From: Longimicrobiales bacterium
Lineage (GTDB): Bacteria; Gemmatimonadota; Gemmatimonadetes; Longimicrobiales; Gaopeijiaceae
Length of the DNA: 64,000 nt
NCBI GenBank assembly: GCA_965204735.1
Contig: OZ242008.1
Location: 3,744,001-3,808,000, forward strand
Direction: 5' to 3'
Shown piece by piece: positions 1-11,072 of the stretch. The position numbers were made by a program, and so were the translations under genes. The notes beneath the pieces are model-generated. The model made no database searches. It was not told the DNA's origin and was given only the letters and a program-made list of their open reading frames with translations. The first letter of the stretch is position 1. Each line of letters opens with the position of its first letter.

Positions 1-90
1 CGGAGGAAGATGGACAATTTGCGGAATCCTGTCTCGATCGATCCTCTGGAAGAGCTCCTCGACCGACGGAGGCGCCAACGGCAGTCTCAT
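1..90 (-). CDS. 5' end of a gene running off the window (MRLPLAPPSVEELFQRIDRDRIPQIVHLPP...), possibly Fic-family
   Basis: ATG at 90-88 with GAGGAAG upstream; frame open to the window edge; N-terminus loosely resembles some Fic proteins (weak). Confidence 0.35.
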   Translation of the reverse strand, partial: MRLPLAPPSVEELFQRIDRDRIPQIVHLPP

Positions 91-294
91 CGCTTCCTCT
101 CATGCATCGAGGATGCGCGGACAGGCGAGACGCGCGTCTCATCGTTCCCCGCCTGCCGCACGCCTCAAGGGGCGGGCAGCCTTCTTACCAATGATATACC
201 GATTCATGCGGATTTGGTAGTCCGATACCGATCATCTACCAAACCATACTGAATTCGGTAGATGCGCGCGGGCGTCGTAGATTCGCGCAGGGCG

Positions 295-1215
295 TCAGAG
301 CTTTCGCAGCCGGACCGGCCGCAGGCCCAGGTGGACCGTCCGGGCGATCGCCCACACTTCGTCGAAGGTCCGCTTGAGGAGCACGGGCGTCGCAGCGAGC
401 CAGCGGACCATCGCCCCGGCGCCGTCCAGCAGACTCGCCCCGCCGACCACGCCCTCTGCTTCGTGCAGCAGCGCGTCGGCCTGGGCGGCCGCCTCTTCAA
501 GGGAGCTTCCGGCCCCGCCCAGCACGTAGAACGAGCCCAGGTAGGGGTAGGGCTCGAACAGCCCCAGGCCCGTGGGAGTGCAGGCGCCGCCGGAGCTTTG
601 CGGACGCACGTCCATGGCGTCGGCGAGGAGCGGCGCGTCGCCGATTCGCGCGCGGAAGCGAAGGGCGACCTGCGCATACTCGAACGCCTCGCCAGACGCC
701 GCGCGCCCAGGGTAGAGCATCTCGCCGTACAGCAGCTTGGCGGTCTCGTGAAGCTTGGCGTCGACCGTCTGGCGGTAGATCGAGCCCCCGTAGGGAATGA
801 CCGGGTCGGGAACGACCTCCAGCGCCGAGCCCGCCTCCATTGCGATCGTCATCGTGGAGACCACGGGCTGGCCGAGGCTGCGGTACGCCTTGGTGGCGCC
901 CTGGGTCGTCCAGAGGACGCGGGCGTTCCTGCCCAGCGCGACGTCGGCGTGGAGGCGGTCGCCGCCGACGTGGCCGCCGGTGGGGTTGACCAGCGTCAGA
1001 TGGGCCGGGTCGCCGCCTTCGGGATAGAGCGGGCGCAGGACTTGCAGGGGAACCCTGGAGAAGGCGTCGCGAAGGATGGTTCGTTCGCCGGACCGCTCGA
1101 AGACGCACAGCGCCGTGCCGTGACGTCCGACGTGGGCGGGCTCGGGCTGCGCGAAACGGGGCGCGGCCCTGTCGGTCGGCGTCGCGGGGGCGCCCGGCGC
1201 GTTCGGCGCCGTCAC
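295..1215 (-). CDS. ureD: Urease accessory protein UreD
   Basis: C-terminal part of ORF 295..1752 has UreD motifs ([28 protein letters not shown]); GTG start overlaps the ureG stop (GTGA). Confidence 0.9.
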   Translation of the reverse strand: MTAPNAPGAPATPTDRAAPRFAQPEPAHVGRHGTALCVFERSGERTILRDAFSRVPLQVLRPLYPEGGDPAHLTLVNPTGGHVGGDRLHADVALGRNARVLWTTQGATKAYRSLGQPVVSTMTIAMEAGSALEVVPDPVIPYGGSIYRQTVDAKLHETAKLLYGEMLYPGRAASGEAFEYAQVALRFRARIGDAPLLADAMDVRPQSSGGACTPTGLGLFEPYPYLGSFYVLGGAGSSLEEAAAQADALLHEAEGVVGGASLLDGAGAMVRWLAATPVLLKRTFDEVWAIARTVHLGLRPVRLRKL

Positions 1216-1820
1216 GCTTCCACGAACAGCAGCTCCGACTCGATCCAGGCGATCACGTCGTCCACGCCTTCCCCGGCCTTCAGGTTGGTGAAGAGGAAGG
1301 GCTTGTCGCCGCGCATCTTCTTGGCGTCGCGGTCCATCACGTCCAGGCTGGCGCCCACCAGCGGGGCCAAGTCCGTCTTGTTGACCAGAAGCAGCTCGGA
1401 CCGGGTGATGCCAGGACCGCCCTTGCGGGGGATCTTGTCGCCCGCCGACACGTCGATGACGTAGATCGACGCGTCCACGAGCTCGGGGCTGAAGGTCGCC
1501 GCCAGGTTGTCGCCGCCGCTTTCGACGAAGAGGATGTCCAGGGGCGCGAACCGGGCCTCCAGCTGCTCCATGGCGTCCCGGTTGAGGGAGATGTCCTCGC
1601 GGATCGCGGTGTGAGGACAGCCGCCGGTCTCGACGCCGGTGATCCGCTGGGCGGGCAAGGCGCCGCTGCGGACCAGGAACTCGGCGTCCTCCTTCGTGTA
1701 GATGTCGTTGGTGACGACGGCGATTGCGTACTTGTCGCGGAGCCGCTTGCACAGCACGTCCACCAGCGCCGTCTTGCCGGTTCCCACCGGGCCGCCGACG
1801 CCGATCTTCACGGGCTTCAT
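1212..1820 (-). CDS. ureG: Urease accessory GTPase UreG
   Basis: GPVGTGKT P-loop, ETGGCPH, ESGGDNL, NKTD. Confidence 0.98.
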   Translation of the reverse strand: MKPVKIGVGGPVGTGKTALVDVLCKRLRDKYAIAVVTNDIYTKEDAEFLVRSGALPAQRITGVETGGCPHTAIREDISLNRDAMEQLEARFAPLDILFVESGGDNLAATFSPELVDASIYVIDVSAGDKIPRKGGPGITRSELLLVNKTDLAPLVGASLDVMDRDAKKMRGDKPFLFTNLKAGEGVDDVIAWIESELLFVEA

Positions 1821-1860
1821 CGTGTGCTCTCCTCTCTGCTGGTTGCGTCTCCCCGCGCGG

Positions 1861-2556
1861 TCACGTCACGAAGAGCCTCGTGTGCAGCCGCTTGTGGGCG
1901 ATGGCCCTGATCTCGTGGCCGGGTCCAGTCGAATACGCTTCTTCCACGGGCCGGGCAAGGGCGACCTCGACCGCCGTCGCCGCGGCTTCTTCCGTCTCCG
2001 CCACGACCCGCTGGCCGTCGGTCTGGCCCAGCGGCACCAAGCGCACCGCCGCGGAGACCAGCCCTGAAACGACGCCGTAGCAAAGCGACTCCAGCGCTTG
2101 GCGGACTCCGATCCCCAGCGCGTGGGCGGCCACCCCCAGCGCCAGCGGGTAGTGCCCGGGAGAGCGGCCCGCCCGGACGACCCCCTCGTAGCGGAGGAGG
2201 AAGGCGTTGTCTGCGCATCCCGCCATTGTGCGGAGAAACTGGCGCCCGACGGTGCTGCTGGCCTGCCGCAGCGACGCCACGGGCTTGGCCGCGGAGAACG
2301 CCCGGTCGAGCGCTCGCAGGCGGTCCATCTCTTCGTGCTGGGCGCAGGAGTGCGCCTCTCGCAAGTACGGTCCGTCGAGAGGGCCGGTGCTGTGCAGCAG
2401 GACGTTCTCGGCGAACTCGCGCAAGGAACGCGCATCCGTCATCGCGCCCTCGGCCACGTAGCTCTCCAGCCCCAGGGAGTGGGCGAACGAGCCCCGTGGG
2501 AAGGCCGAGTCCGAGATCTGGAGGAGCCGCCACGCAGAGGCGTCTTCAGTGGTGAT
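1861..2556 (-). CDS. ureF: Urease accessory protein UreF (probable ATC start)
   Basis: [21 protein letters not shown] lies in frame upstream of the tracked GTG (2457); C-terminal AVRLVPLGQ and RLFVT are typical; start inferred at ATC 2556 overlapping the ureE end. Confidence 0.88.
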   Translation of the reverse strand: MTTEDASAWRLLQISDSAFPRGSFAHSLGLESYVAEGAMTDARSLREFAENVLLHSTGPLDGPYLREAHSCAQHEEMDRLRALDRAFSAAKPVASLRQASSTVGRQFLRTMAGCADNAFLLRYEGVVRAGRSPGHYPLALGVAAHALGIGVRQALESLCYGVVSGLVSAAVRLVPLGQTDGQRVVAETEEAAATAVEVALARPVEEAYSTGPGHEIRAIAHKRLHTRLFVT

Positions 2557-2983
2557 GGTACGCGCCGAAGTCGTGGGTGAAGGGCTCCTTCGCGCGTTCG
2601 CAGCGGACGCCCATCTTCCGAAAGTACTCCTCGACCACGTGGTCGTAGGGGGTGAGGATGCGGTCCTCTTTCACCTGAATCGGCGCGTGGCGGTTGCCGA
2701 CCTGAAAGGCGACGCGCCCCATCTCCACCGGCGACCCGGGACGCAGCACGAGCACGTCCTCGGGGACCGTCGCCACGACCACGACCCGCTCGTCGTCTTC
2801 GTGAAGGACGTCCCCTTCGTGCATTGCCTGGCCCGTCGGAAGGCCGATTCCCAGCTCGGTGCCGTGGTCCGTGGTCGCCCGCTGCCGGCTCCGCAGGCGG
2901 TCCTCCCAGCCCATGGGCACGCGCTCGACGCGCCGGGTCTCGCCGTCGGAGAGCTTCCCGACGATCCGGTCCACGACGATCAC
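2546..2983 (-). CDS. ureE: Urease accessory nickel chaperone UreE
   Basis: C-terminal part of ORF 2546..4828: GNRHAP motif and terminal HHH; GTG start just after the ureC stop. Confidence 0.92.
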   Translation of the reverse strand: MIVVDRIVGKLSDGETRRVERVPMGWEDRLRSRQRATTDHGTELGIGLPTGQAMHEGDVLHEDDERVVVVATVPEDVLVLRPGSPVEMGRVAFQVGNRHAPIQVKEDRILTPYDHVVEEYFRKMGVRCERAKEPFTHDFGAYHHH

Positions 2984-2988
2984 GGCGG

Positions 2989-4707
2989 TCAGAAGAGGAA
3001 GTAGCGCTGGGCCATCGGCAACACTGTCGCGGGCTCGCACGCGAGCGTTTCCCCGTCGGCCTTCACGACGTAGGTCTCCGGGTCCACCTCGATGCGGGGC
3101 GCGTAGTCGTTCAGGCGCATCTCCGCCTTGCCGATCCCCCGGCAGCCGCGCACGGGCTCGACCTGCTTGCGCAGCCCCAGCCGCTCTCCGATCCCGGCCT
3201 CTGCGGCGGCGGCCGACACGAACGCGAAGCACGTCGGACCCACGGCTCCGCCCATGGCGCCGAACATCGGCCTGCCCAGGATCGGCTGGGGCGTGGGGAT
3301 CGACGCGTTGGGGTCGCCCATGGCGGCGTGGGCGATGAACCCGCCCTTGATCACGACTTCGGGCTTCACGCCGAAGAACGCCGGACTCCACAGCACCAGG
3401 TCGGCCGCCTTCCCCGGCTCCACGGAGCCCACGCAGTGCGAGATTCCATGGGCCACGGCCGGGTTGATCGTGTACTTGGCCACGTAGCGCTTGGCCCGGA
3501 AGTTGTCGTTCGACCCCGTCTCCTCCGGCAACGGCCCCCGCTGGCGCTTCATCTTGTCGGCGGTTTGCCATGTGCGCACGATCGTCTCGCCCACCCGCCC
3601 CATCGCCTGCGAGTCGGACCCCATGACGCTGAACGCCCCCAAGTCGTGCAGGATGTCCTCGGCGGCGATCGTCTCGGCCCGGATGCGCGACTCGGCGAAG
3701 GCCACGTCCTCCGGGATCTTGCTGTCCAGGTGGTGGCACACCATGAGCATGTCCAGGTGCTCGTCCACCGTGTTCACCGTGAAGGGCCGGGTCGGGTTGG
3801 TGGACGACGGCAGCACGTTGGCCTCGCCGCACACCCGGATGATGTCGGGCGCGTGGCCGCCTCCTGCGCCCTCGGTGTGGTAGGTGTGGATCGTCCGGCC
3901 CTTGAAGGCGGCAATCGACGCTTCGACGAAGCCGGACTCGTTGAGGGTGTCGGTGTGGATGCACACCTGCACGTCCATCTCGTCGGCCACGCTCAGGCAG
4001 CAATCGATCGCCGCCGGCGTGGTGCCCCAGTCCTCGTGGAGCTTCAGCCCCGCGGCTCCGGCGCGGATCTGCTCGGCCAGCGGCTCCGGGCGAGAGGCGT
4101 TGCCCTTGCCCAGGAAGCCCAGGTTCACCGGATAAGCCTCGGCGGCCTGCAGCATCCGGGCGGTGTTCCACGCGCCCGGGGTGCAGGTGGTGGCCTTGGT
4201 GCCCGTGGCGGGTCCCGTGCCGCCGCCGAACATCGTGGTGACCCCCGACGAAAGGGCCTCGTCGATCTGCTGGGGGCAGATGAAGTGGACGTGGGTGTCG
4301 ATCCCGCCCGCCGTGAGGATCAAGCCTTCGCCCGCCACGACCTCGGTGGACGCGCCCACTACCATCTCCGGGTCCACGCCCGCCATCAGGTGGGGGTTCC
4401 CCGACTTGCCGACGCCCGCGATCGATCCGTCCTTGACGCCCACGTCGGCCTTGACGACGCCCCAGTAGTCCAGGATCAGAGCGTTGGTGATCACCAGGTC
4501 GAGGGCGGCGCCGGCGCGGGTCTCGGTGGGCGACTGCCCCAAGCCGTCGCGCAGCACCTTCCCGCCGCCGAACTTGGCCTCGTCGCCGTAGACGGTCCGG
4601 TCCTCCTCCACCTCGACGAAGAGCTCGGTGTCGGCCAGCCTCACCTTGTCCCCCGTGGTGGGCCCGAACATGTCGGCGTAGGACCGCCGGTCCATGCGGA
4701 AGCTCAC
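2989..4707 (-). CDS. ureC: Urease subunit alpha
   Basis: [51 protein letters not shown]. Confidence 0.99.
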   Translation of the reverse strand: MSFRMDRRSYADMFGPTTGDKVRLADTELFVEVEEDRTVYGDEAKFGGGKVLRDGLGQSPTETRAGAALDLVITNALILDYWGVVKADVGVKDGSIAGVGKSGNPHLMAGVDPEMVVGASTEVVAGEGLILTAGGIDTHVHFICPQQIDEALSSGVTTMFGGGTGPATGTKATTCTPGAWNTARMLQAAEAYPVNLGFLGKGNASRPEPLAEQIRAGAAGLKLHEDWGTTPAAIDCCLSVADEMDVQVCIHTDTLNESGFVEASIAAFKGRTIHTYHTEGAGGGHAPDIIRVCGEANVLPSSTNPTRPFTVNTVDEHLDMLMVCHHLDSKIPEDVAFAESRIRAETIAAEDILHDLGAFSVMGSDSQAMGRVGETIVRTWQTADKMKRQRGPLPEETGSNDNFRAKRYVAKYTINPAVAHGISHCVGSVEPGKAADLVLWSPAFFGVKPEVVIKGGFIAHAAMGDPNASIPTPQPILGRPMFGAMGGAVGPTCFAFVSAAAAEAGIGERLGLRKQVEPVRGCRGIGKAEMRLNDYAPRIEVDPETYVVKADGETLACEPATVLPMAQRYFLF

Positions 4708-5114
4708 TGGCCGGCGCCTTCGGAGCTGGACGCGCTTGCGGACGTGTCCGCCCCCATGTAGCCCTCGGCGCAGGCCTTCTCCAGGGCGTCCTGCCGGACC
4801 TTCTCCGAAGCTGCGGGGCCGTCGGCAAGGGCGTTGAGCCCCAGGATCGTCCGGCCGCCCGCGAACTCCACCAGCACGACCTCCCGCTCGTCTCCCGGCT
4901 CGAAGCGCACCGCCGTTCCCGCCGGGATGTCGAGCCGCATTCCGAAGGCCGCGGCCCGGTCGAAGTCGAGGAAGCGGTTCACCTCGAAGAAGTGGAAGTG
5001 GGACCCGACCTGGATCGGCCGGTCGCCCCGGTTGGCCACGACCAGCGCCGTGGTGCGCCGTCCTTCGTTCAGGACGATCTCGCCTTCGCCCAGGACGTAC
5101 TCGCCGGGGATCAT
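4704..5114 (-). CDS. ureB: Urease subunit beta
   Basis: MIPGE..., [34 protein letters not shown] overlaps the ureA stop. Confidence 0.97.
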   Translation of the reverse strand: MIPGEYVLGEGEIVLNEGRRTTALVVANRGDRPIQVGSHFHFFEVNRFLDFDRAAAFGMRLDIPAGTAVRFEPGDEREVVLVEFAGGRTILGLNALADGPAASEKVRQDALEKACAEGYMGADTSASASSSEGAGQ

Positions 5115-5413
5115 CGGATGGGGTCGTGAACGGTCACCAGCTTGGTGCCGTCGGGAAAGGTGCACTCGACCTGGACTTCGTGGATCATCTCGGGAACGCC
5201 CTCCATCACGTCCTTGCGGGTCAGGACTTCGGCGCCTCGGCGCATCAGCTCGGCGACCGAGCAACCGTCCCGGGCGCCTTCCAGCACGTCGGCGGTGATG
5301 AGCGCCACCGCCTCCGGGTGGTTGAGCTTGACGCCCCGGGCGAGGCGCTTCCAGGCCAGCTCGGCCGCCACGAAGATCAGCAGCTTCTCCTGCTCTCGCG
5401 GGGTCAGGCGCAT
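5111..5413 (-). CDS. ureA: Urease subunit gamma
   Basis: [32 protein letters not shown]. Confidence 0.98.
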   Translation of the reverse strand: MRLTPREQEKLLIFVAAELAWKRLARGVKLNHPEAVALITADVLEGARDGCSVAELMRRGAEVLTRKDVMEGVPEMIHEVQVECTFPDGTKLVTVHDPIR

Positions 5414-5775
5414 CGGCGTTTCAAGTTGGGCGAGGTCCTCGAAGGCGCGGTCCGGCAACCGGGACGAAGCGCACCGTGGCGGCTCTCCAACGATGGAGCC
5501 GAGACGGGGGCCGGGCAAGGACTGGGAGCTTGCGGGGAGGCGGACGCCGCGACGCTGGAGGCGTACTGGCGACTGATCTTGAACCGGGCAAGGACGGGGC
5601 TTGTGGGGAAGCGGGTGCCAGGGGCAGCAGCGGGTGCCAGAGGGGCAGCAGCCTGGGACCGCGAAGGGACTAGACCGCCGGCTCGCCGCATGCGACCTTC
5701 AATTCGCGATGGCGATCCGTCAATTCGCCAAGATCATCCCGACCGCCCTCTTTCTGTACTCCATGGGGAAGCTAA

Positions 5776-6051
5776 ATGGTCCGCTTCGACATCCTGCCCC
5801 GCCTGCTCCCAGACCGGTACTACGATACGCTCCAAGAGGCATTGGAAGAGGTATCGTACAGGAAGATGTCGCAGGTCGCAGACGACGCGGTGACCCGGTT
5901 CGACAAGTTGCCCTATGGTAGCTATCGGGTCTACACGGTATCGCTTCGTGCGGCGATGGACGTGATCGCGGATGGAGCCGACCCCACACCGTTGTTGGGT
6001 CACTCCTCGTCGCACATCGTCCAACACAACAAGGAGACAGCACTGAGATGA
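5776..6051 (+). CDS. Small hypothetical protein or gene fragment in a lower-GC patch
   Basis: 91-aa ORF with protein-like composition; no recognisable motif. Confidence 0.3.
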   Translation: MVRFDILPRLLPDRYYDTLQEALEEVSYRKMSQVADDAVTRFDKLPYGSYRVYTVSLRAAMDVIADGADPTPLLGHSSSHIVQHNKETALR

Positions 6052-6191
6052 GCAGTGAGACCCGAATCGTGGCTTCGCCACCTCAAGACAATGAGGGCCA
6101 GCTCGAGATGTGGAAGGAAATGGTTGCTGTTGAGAGATTGGCTTTGCGGCTGTCGTAACAACGCACAGGTTGACGCAAGTCCGCCGTCGCG

Positions 6192-9100
6192 TCACTCGCT
6201 CGTCAGCGGGCTGTCCGCCGACGGGTCCACTGGCGCCAGCCCGAGCCGGTCCAGCTCCCGGTTCACGGCAGTCAAGTCCCGTTCCCACACTTCGGCCAGC
6301 CGATCAAGGTGCCGCTGAAGCTCGGCGCTCATGATCCCGAAGACCTCGTGCATTCCCTCGTTGGGCCGACCGTCGCCCCGCTCCACCATTGACAGCAAGT
6401 TGGCCAGGCGGTTGTTCACCTTGATGGGAAAGTTGAGGGGGTCCTGGTTGCTCCGGTTCCTGACTTGGTAGATCTCGCCTTCGACGGCTGAAGCGTTCTC
6501 CTCCAGCGTCCGCGCCGCGGCCGCCAGCTCTTCGTCGCCCGCCGCCTCTTCGGACGCCAAGCGGTCCTCGAGCTGCGCCTTGACCCGGCGGACCGCGATC
6601 ACCGCCCGGTTGGCCGCGTCGACCCGTTCCCAGATCCGGCGCGAGAACTCGTACTGTGCGGCCAAGTCGGCGTCGGTCGCGTCGTTGATCCAGGGGTGGC
6701 GGCGGACCTCCACCTCCGTTGTCTCCGCACGCCCGTCGGCGACGAGGCGGAGCGTGTAGCGGCCCGGCGGAACCGTGGGCGCCATCGCGCGGACGCCCCA
6801 CAGGACCATCCCCGGGAAGGTGGCGGCGGATTGGATCTTCAAGTCCCAGTGCAGATGGTTCAACCCCGCTTCGGCGGGCAGGGCCGGTCCGGCCCATCGG
6901 TCGCGGGCGGGCGGGGCGGGCCGGCTGGACTCCTGCGGGTCGCCGCCGGCGGGGGCCGGCTCGTCGCCGCCAGCCTCGTCCGCCGGGTCGTCCGGCACCA
7001 GCGCCGACGCCGCCGCCTCGGGCTCAAAAGTCCGCAGCAGCTCTCCGGAAGCGTCCAGGATCTCCAGCTTGGCGTCGTCGGGCGCTTCCGCAAACCACCA
7101 TGACAGCGCCACGCCGTTGGCGGAGCGGAACGCCGGCGGCGGGTCGAAGAGCGCGACCGACCGCTGGGGCAGGTCTCGCGTCGCCTGCCGCAGGGGGGCG
7201 GCGTTGTCCAGCACCCAGAACCCCCGCCCGTGAGTCCCGATCACCAGCTCGTTGCGCTCGGCCAGCACGTCCACCACAGGGATGACGGGCAGCCCCGGGT
7301 TGAGTTCCTGCCAGCTGCCGCCGTCGTCGTAGGAGACGTATACGCCCTGGTTGGTGCCGGCGTAGAGCAGCCCTTCCCGGTTCGGGTCCTCCGTGACGGC
7401 GTTCACGTAGGCGCCGTAGGGGATGCCGTCGTCGATCCGGGTCCACGTCCGCCCGTAGTCCGCCGACTTCCAGACGTAGGGCGCTCGGTCGTCCAGAAGC
7501 GCGCGCCGGACCGACATGTACGCCTTGGCGGCGTCGAAGGCCGACGGGTCGATCCGGCTCACCCGGCCGAAGTCGGGCATGTCCGGCGGGGTCGCGTTCG
7601 TCCAGGTGGCGCCGCCGTCGCGGGTCACGTGCACAAGGCCGTCGTCCGATCCGGTCCAGATCACGTCCTCGTCCAGCTTGCCCAGTCCCACCGAGAAGAT
7701 GGTGGCGTAGACCTCGGGGCCGTTCATGTCGCCGGTGATTGGGCCGCCGGAGCGTCCCAGCGTGGCCGGGTCGGCTCGCGTCAGGTCGTCGCTGATCCGC
7801 TCCCACGAGGCGCCGCCGTCTTCGCTGCGCCACAGCCGGTTGGACGCGGCGTAGAGCGCGGACGGGTTCAGGGGCGAGAAGACGATGGGGAAGGTCCACT
7901 GCCAGCGCTCCACCATGTCGATCGCGGGCTCGCCGGAGTAGAACCAGGGGTAGGGAACGACTTCGCGGGTGGTCCCCAGCCGCCGGTTGTACTTGTCGAT
8001 GTAGCGGCCGTTGTTGACGCCCGAGTAGAAGACGTCCAGGTCCTGCGGGTCCGGCGCGATGTAGCCCGGCTCGCCGCCTCCCGCCCGGTAGGCCACGGCC
8101 ATGGACCCCTCCGTGATGCTCTCCGGCCGGCTTCCCCGGGCCGGCGCCCCGAAGCCCATCCGGCTCGCGTTCCACGCCGACGGCAGGCACAACGTGCTGT
8201 TGTCCTGCTGCGAGCCGCAGACGTGGAAGGGGACGTGAGCCGTGGCGACGGCGTGGTAGAACTGGGCCGTGGAGAAGTCCTGCTCCGTCCAGTGTCCCCC
8301 GGTGTCGAAGCTGACCGCGCCGCCCCCGTCGTTGGCCACCACCACGTGCGACGGGTCCTCCGGGTCGATCCAGAAGTCGTGAAAGTCGCCGTGGGTTCCG
8401 TTGTTGATGACTTCGTAGCTCGCGCCGCCGTCCTCGGACCGGAAGAACGATGTGTTCTGCACGTACACCACGTCCTCGTCGTGGTGGTCCGCAAAGACGT
8501 GGGTGTAGTAGAACGCCCGCTGGCGGATGCGCCGCTCGTCGTTGACCAGCGTCCAGCTCGCCCCGGCGTCGTCGCTGCTGAAGAGGCCGCCGTCGGCGTG
8601 CTCGAAGAGGGCGTAGACCCGGTTGGAGTTGGCGCTGGAGACGGCCAGGCCGATCTTCCCCACCACGCCCTCCGCCGGCATCCCCGGGGCGCGGGTGATC
8701 TCGGTCCACGTCTCGCCGCCGTCCACGCTCTTGAACATCCCGCTCCCCGGCCCGCCCGACGACATCGTGTACTCCTTGCGGAACGCCTCCCACAGCGAGG
8801 CGTAGATCACGTCCGGGTCGTTGCGGTCGATCTCGACGTCGATCGCGCCGGTTCGCTCGTCGCGGTAGAGGATCCGCCGCCACGTCTCGCCCCCGTCGGC
8901 GCTCTTGTAGAGCCCCCGCTCCTCGCTGGGCGCGCTGTACTTCCCGAACGATGCGACGTAGACGATCTCCGGGTTCGTCGGATGGATGCGGATCTTTGAG
9001 ATCGCGTCGGCCTCCGAGAACCCCACATGCTCCCATGTGGCTCCGGCGTCCCGGCTCCGGTAGAGTCCGTCGCCCGGGAGGATGTTGCCCCGTATGCACG

Positions 9101-9530
9101 TCTCTCCGGTGCCGATGAAGACCAGGTCGGGGTCCGACTCGCTGACCGCCACCGCCCCCACCGACGCGGAGCCGATCTTGAAGTCGGTGACCGGAAACCA
9201 GTTCTCGCCGCCGTCGGTCGTCTTCCACAGCCCTCCGCCGGTGGCGCCGAAGTACGCCTCCATCGGACGGCCGACGACCCCGCTCGCGGCGATCGAGCGT
9301 CCGCCGCGGTCGGGTCCCAGGTTCCGCCAGTGGTAGCCGGCGAGGAAGGCGGAGTCGAGGAAGGGCTGCTGGGACTGCGCGTCGTCCGCCGGCTGGGGCA
9401 GGGCTTGCGCGGGCGGGACGGCGAGAGCGGCGACGACGGCTGCGACGACCGGCACCAAGCCAGCGCTGATCCGCTGACCAGCGCCCGGGGCGCCGGGGCC
9501 GCGCAGAAGGTGGTTGCGGAGGGGGTTCAC
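6192..9530 (-). CDS. Secreted VPS10/BNR-repeat (sortilin-like) glycosyl hydrolase-like protein
   Basis: WRNLGPDRGGR, many S/TxDGGxT/SW Asp-boxes, GTHGRGFW, coiled C-terminal tail; start GTG 9530 is approximate. Confidence 0.85.
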   Translation of the reverse strand: MNPLRNHLLRGPGAPGAGQRISAGLVPVVAAVVAALAVPPAQALPQPADDAQSQQPFLDSAFLAGYHWRNLGPDRGGRSIAASGVVGRPMEAYFGATGGGLWKTTDGGENWFPVTDFKIGSASVGAVAVSESDPDLVFIGTGETCIRGNILPGDGLYRSRDAGATWEHVGFSEADAISKIRIHPTNPEIVYVASFGKYSAPSEERGLYKSADGGETWRRILYRDERTGAIDVEIDRNDPDVIYASLWEAFRKEYTMSSGGPGSGMFKSVDGGETWTEITRAPGMPAEGVVGKIGLAVSSANSNRVYALFEHADGGLFSSDDAGASWTLVNDERRIRQRAFYYTHVFADHHDEDVVYVQNTSFFRSEDGGASYEVINNGTHGDFHDFWIDPEDPSHVVVANDGGGAVSFDTGGHWTEQDFSTAQFYHAVATAHVPFHVCGSQQDNSTLCLPSAWNASRMGFGAPARGSRPESITEGSMAVAYRAGGGEPGYIAPDPQDLDVFYSGVNNGRYIDKYNRRLGTTREVVPYPWFYSGEPAIDMVERWQWTFPIVFSPLNPSALYAASNRLWRSEDGGASWERISDDLTRADPATLGRSGGPITGDMNGPEVYATIFSVGLGKLDEDVIWTGSDDGLVHVTRDGGATWTNATPPDMPDFGRVSRIDPSAFDAAKAYMSVRRALLDDRAPYVWKSADYGRTWTRIDDGIPYGAYVNAVTEDPNREGLLYAGTNQGVYVSYDDGGSWQELNPGLPVIPVVDVLAERNELVIGTHGRGFWVLDNAAPLRQATRDLPQRSVALFDPPPAFRSANGVALSWWFAEAPDDAKLEILDASGELLRTFEPEAAASALVPDDPADEAGGDEPAPAGGDPQESSRPAPPARDRWAGPALPAEAGLNHLHWDLKIQSAATFPGMVLWGVRAMAPTVPPGRYTLRLVADGRAETTEVEVRRHPWINDATDADLAAQYEFSRRIWERVDAANRAVIAVRRVKAQLEDRLASEEAAGDEELAAAARTLEENASAVEGEIYQVRNRSNQDPLNFPIKVNNRLANLLSMVERGDGRPNEGMHEVFGIMSAELQRHLDRLAEVWERDLTAVNRELDRLGLAPVDPSADSPLTSE

Positions 9531-9657
9531 GGCGTCTTCTCGGGGTCGGGGAGAGTCGGAGTGCGAGTACCCGACCAAGGTACGCCGAAGGATGGGGGTT
9601 GGCACGGCGTGGCCGATTGGCCGCCTGGGGCGCTTCGTGTCGCCGCTTTCGTGGAGA

Positions 9658-9731
<74 letters not shown>

Positions 9732-9747
9732 GTTCAGGGGGGATCGA

Positions 9748-9775
9748 AAGATAGGAAGGGGTGTTCGCGAGTCAA
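9748..9775 (-). promoter_or_regulatory. Sigma70-type promoter of tRNA-Ile
   Basis: TTGACT-N16-TATCTT on the - strand, 16 nt upstream of the tRNA. Confidence 0.65.
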
Positions 9776-9881
9776 CCCCGGCCTCGTTGCCTCGCTCGTG
9801 CCGGCAGGCGATACTGCAGCTGTGTCCTGCATGGACGGGGCGGCCAAGCTCCACGGGATCACCCAGACGGAGGAACCGGCA

Positions 9882-11072
9882 GTGGCCGGAGCGCGTTCGA
9901 ACCCAGTGGACCGGTGGAGCTGGGCCTGCCCAATCGGGCGGGCGGCGACTCGATGGGCCGGATTGCTGTTGGCCGGGATGGTTGGTTGCGGTCCCGAGAC
10001 CTCAGATGTCCATTCCTTCTTTTCCGACGGATGCCGACTCGATCGTACGGTTGCCGAGCCGTGTACCTCTTGCCTCCAGCTCGACCTCGCGACGACGCTC
10101 GGTGCGGCCGACGACGCAGGCTTCTTGACGGACAGGGGCACGCTGGGCGACATCGTGCGTGACGACAGCGGCAACTACTGGGTAGGTCAGCGAGATCAGA
10201 TCAAGCTCTTTGATTCGACCGGCACCTTCATTACCGCGGTCGGCCGGGCAGGCCAAGGTCCAATGGAATTCGCCTTCGCACAGCCAATGCACACGGATTC
10301 TCTTGGACGAGTACACGTCTTCGACAACCGCAACGCGAGGGTGTCCGTAATCGGGCCCGACCTGACCTTGCGCGAAACTAGAGCTCTGCCCGCCACAGCC
10401 GTGATGGCGATGACGCCGGTAGCTGACGGCAGTCGCTATGCCATCCAGGCTTGGATGCCAGATGAGGAGCGCATCGGCCTTCCCATCCACGTCGTGGATG
10501 GCGAGAAGACCATCAAGTCCTTGGGGGCCGGCCCCGAGCTTGCTCAAGGCGCGGAGGGCCTCACGTCCTTCACGGCACAACGCCGACTCACAACTGGTCC
10601 AGATGGCTATATCTTCAGTTCCCACTACTACGACTATATTGTAGAAGCATGGTCAGAGGACGGCTTGCGGCTCGGCAGACTGTCAGGACCGGTACTGCAC
10701 GAAGGGCCACGTGTTCCCGGTCCTTGGACCTGGGAGAACCCTCCTTGGAATGAAATCCACGACATTATGGTCGATTCCAGCCATCGCCTTTGGATCGTAT
10801 TTCGCTACAGACGGCCTGACTGGAAAAACGCTATGGTTGAACTCCTTGGACCCCAAGGCCAAGTACTGCTGGCACCCGAGGACGGGAGTCTGTCTTCGTA
10901 CTACCACAGCCGCATAGATGTCGTTGACCTGCACACCTGCTCTACATTGGCAAGTCAGTGGCGTGACGGCGTCTTGATGACTTTCGTGAAAGAGGGCATG
11001 GTGTCGGAAGTTGCATATGATGACGTTGGACGAGAGGTCGTCAATATCTGGCGACTCACCTATACTCGCTAG
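9882..11072 (+). CDS. Secreted beta-propeller (6-bladed/NHL-like) lipoprotein
   Basis: GGAGG then GTG at 9882; lipobox-like LLAGMVGC; GRAGQGPMEF blade motif; lower GC. The ORF-track extension to 9027 runs through the tRNA and is spurious. Confidence 0.75.
   Translation: MAGARSNPVDRWSWACPIGRAATRWAGLLLAGMVGCGPETSDVHSFFSDGCRLDRTVAEPCTSCLQLDLATTLGAADDAGFLTDRGTLGDIVRDDSGNYWVGQRDQIKLFDSTGTFITAVGRAGQGPMEFAFAQPMHTDSLGRVHVFDNRNARVSVIGPDLTLRETRALPATAVMAMTPVADGSRYAIQAWMPDEERIGLPIHVVDGEKTIKSLGAGPELAQGAEGLTSFTAQRRLTTGPDGYIFSSHYYDYIVEAWSEDGLRLGRLSGPVLHEGPRVPGPWTWENPPWNEIHDIMVDSSHRLWIVFRYRRPDWKNAMVELLGPQGQVLLAPEDGSLSSYYHSRIDVVDLHTCSTLASQWRDGVLMTFVKEGMVSEVAYDDVGREVVNIWRLTYTR

Noticed and set aside
5445..5459. 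15-bp match GCGCGGTCCGGCAAC with 54818-54832, both 32 nt from a - strand start
   Set aside because: GC-rich 15-mer matches are expected by chance in a window of this size and composition, and the genes are unrelated
5414..5775. Riboswitch (guanidine or NiCo) upstream of urease
   Set aside because: No recognisable consensus by eye; an Rfam scan would be needed
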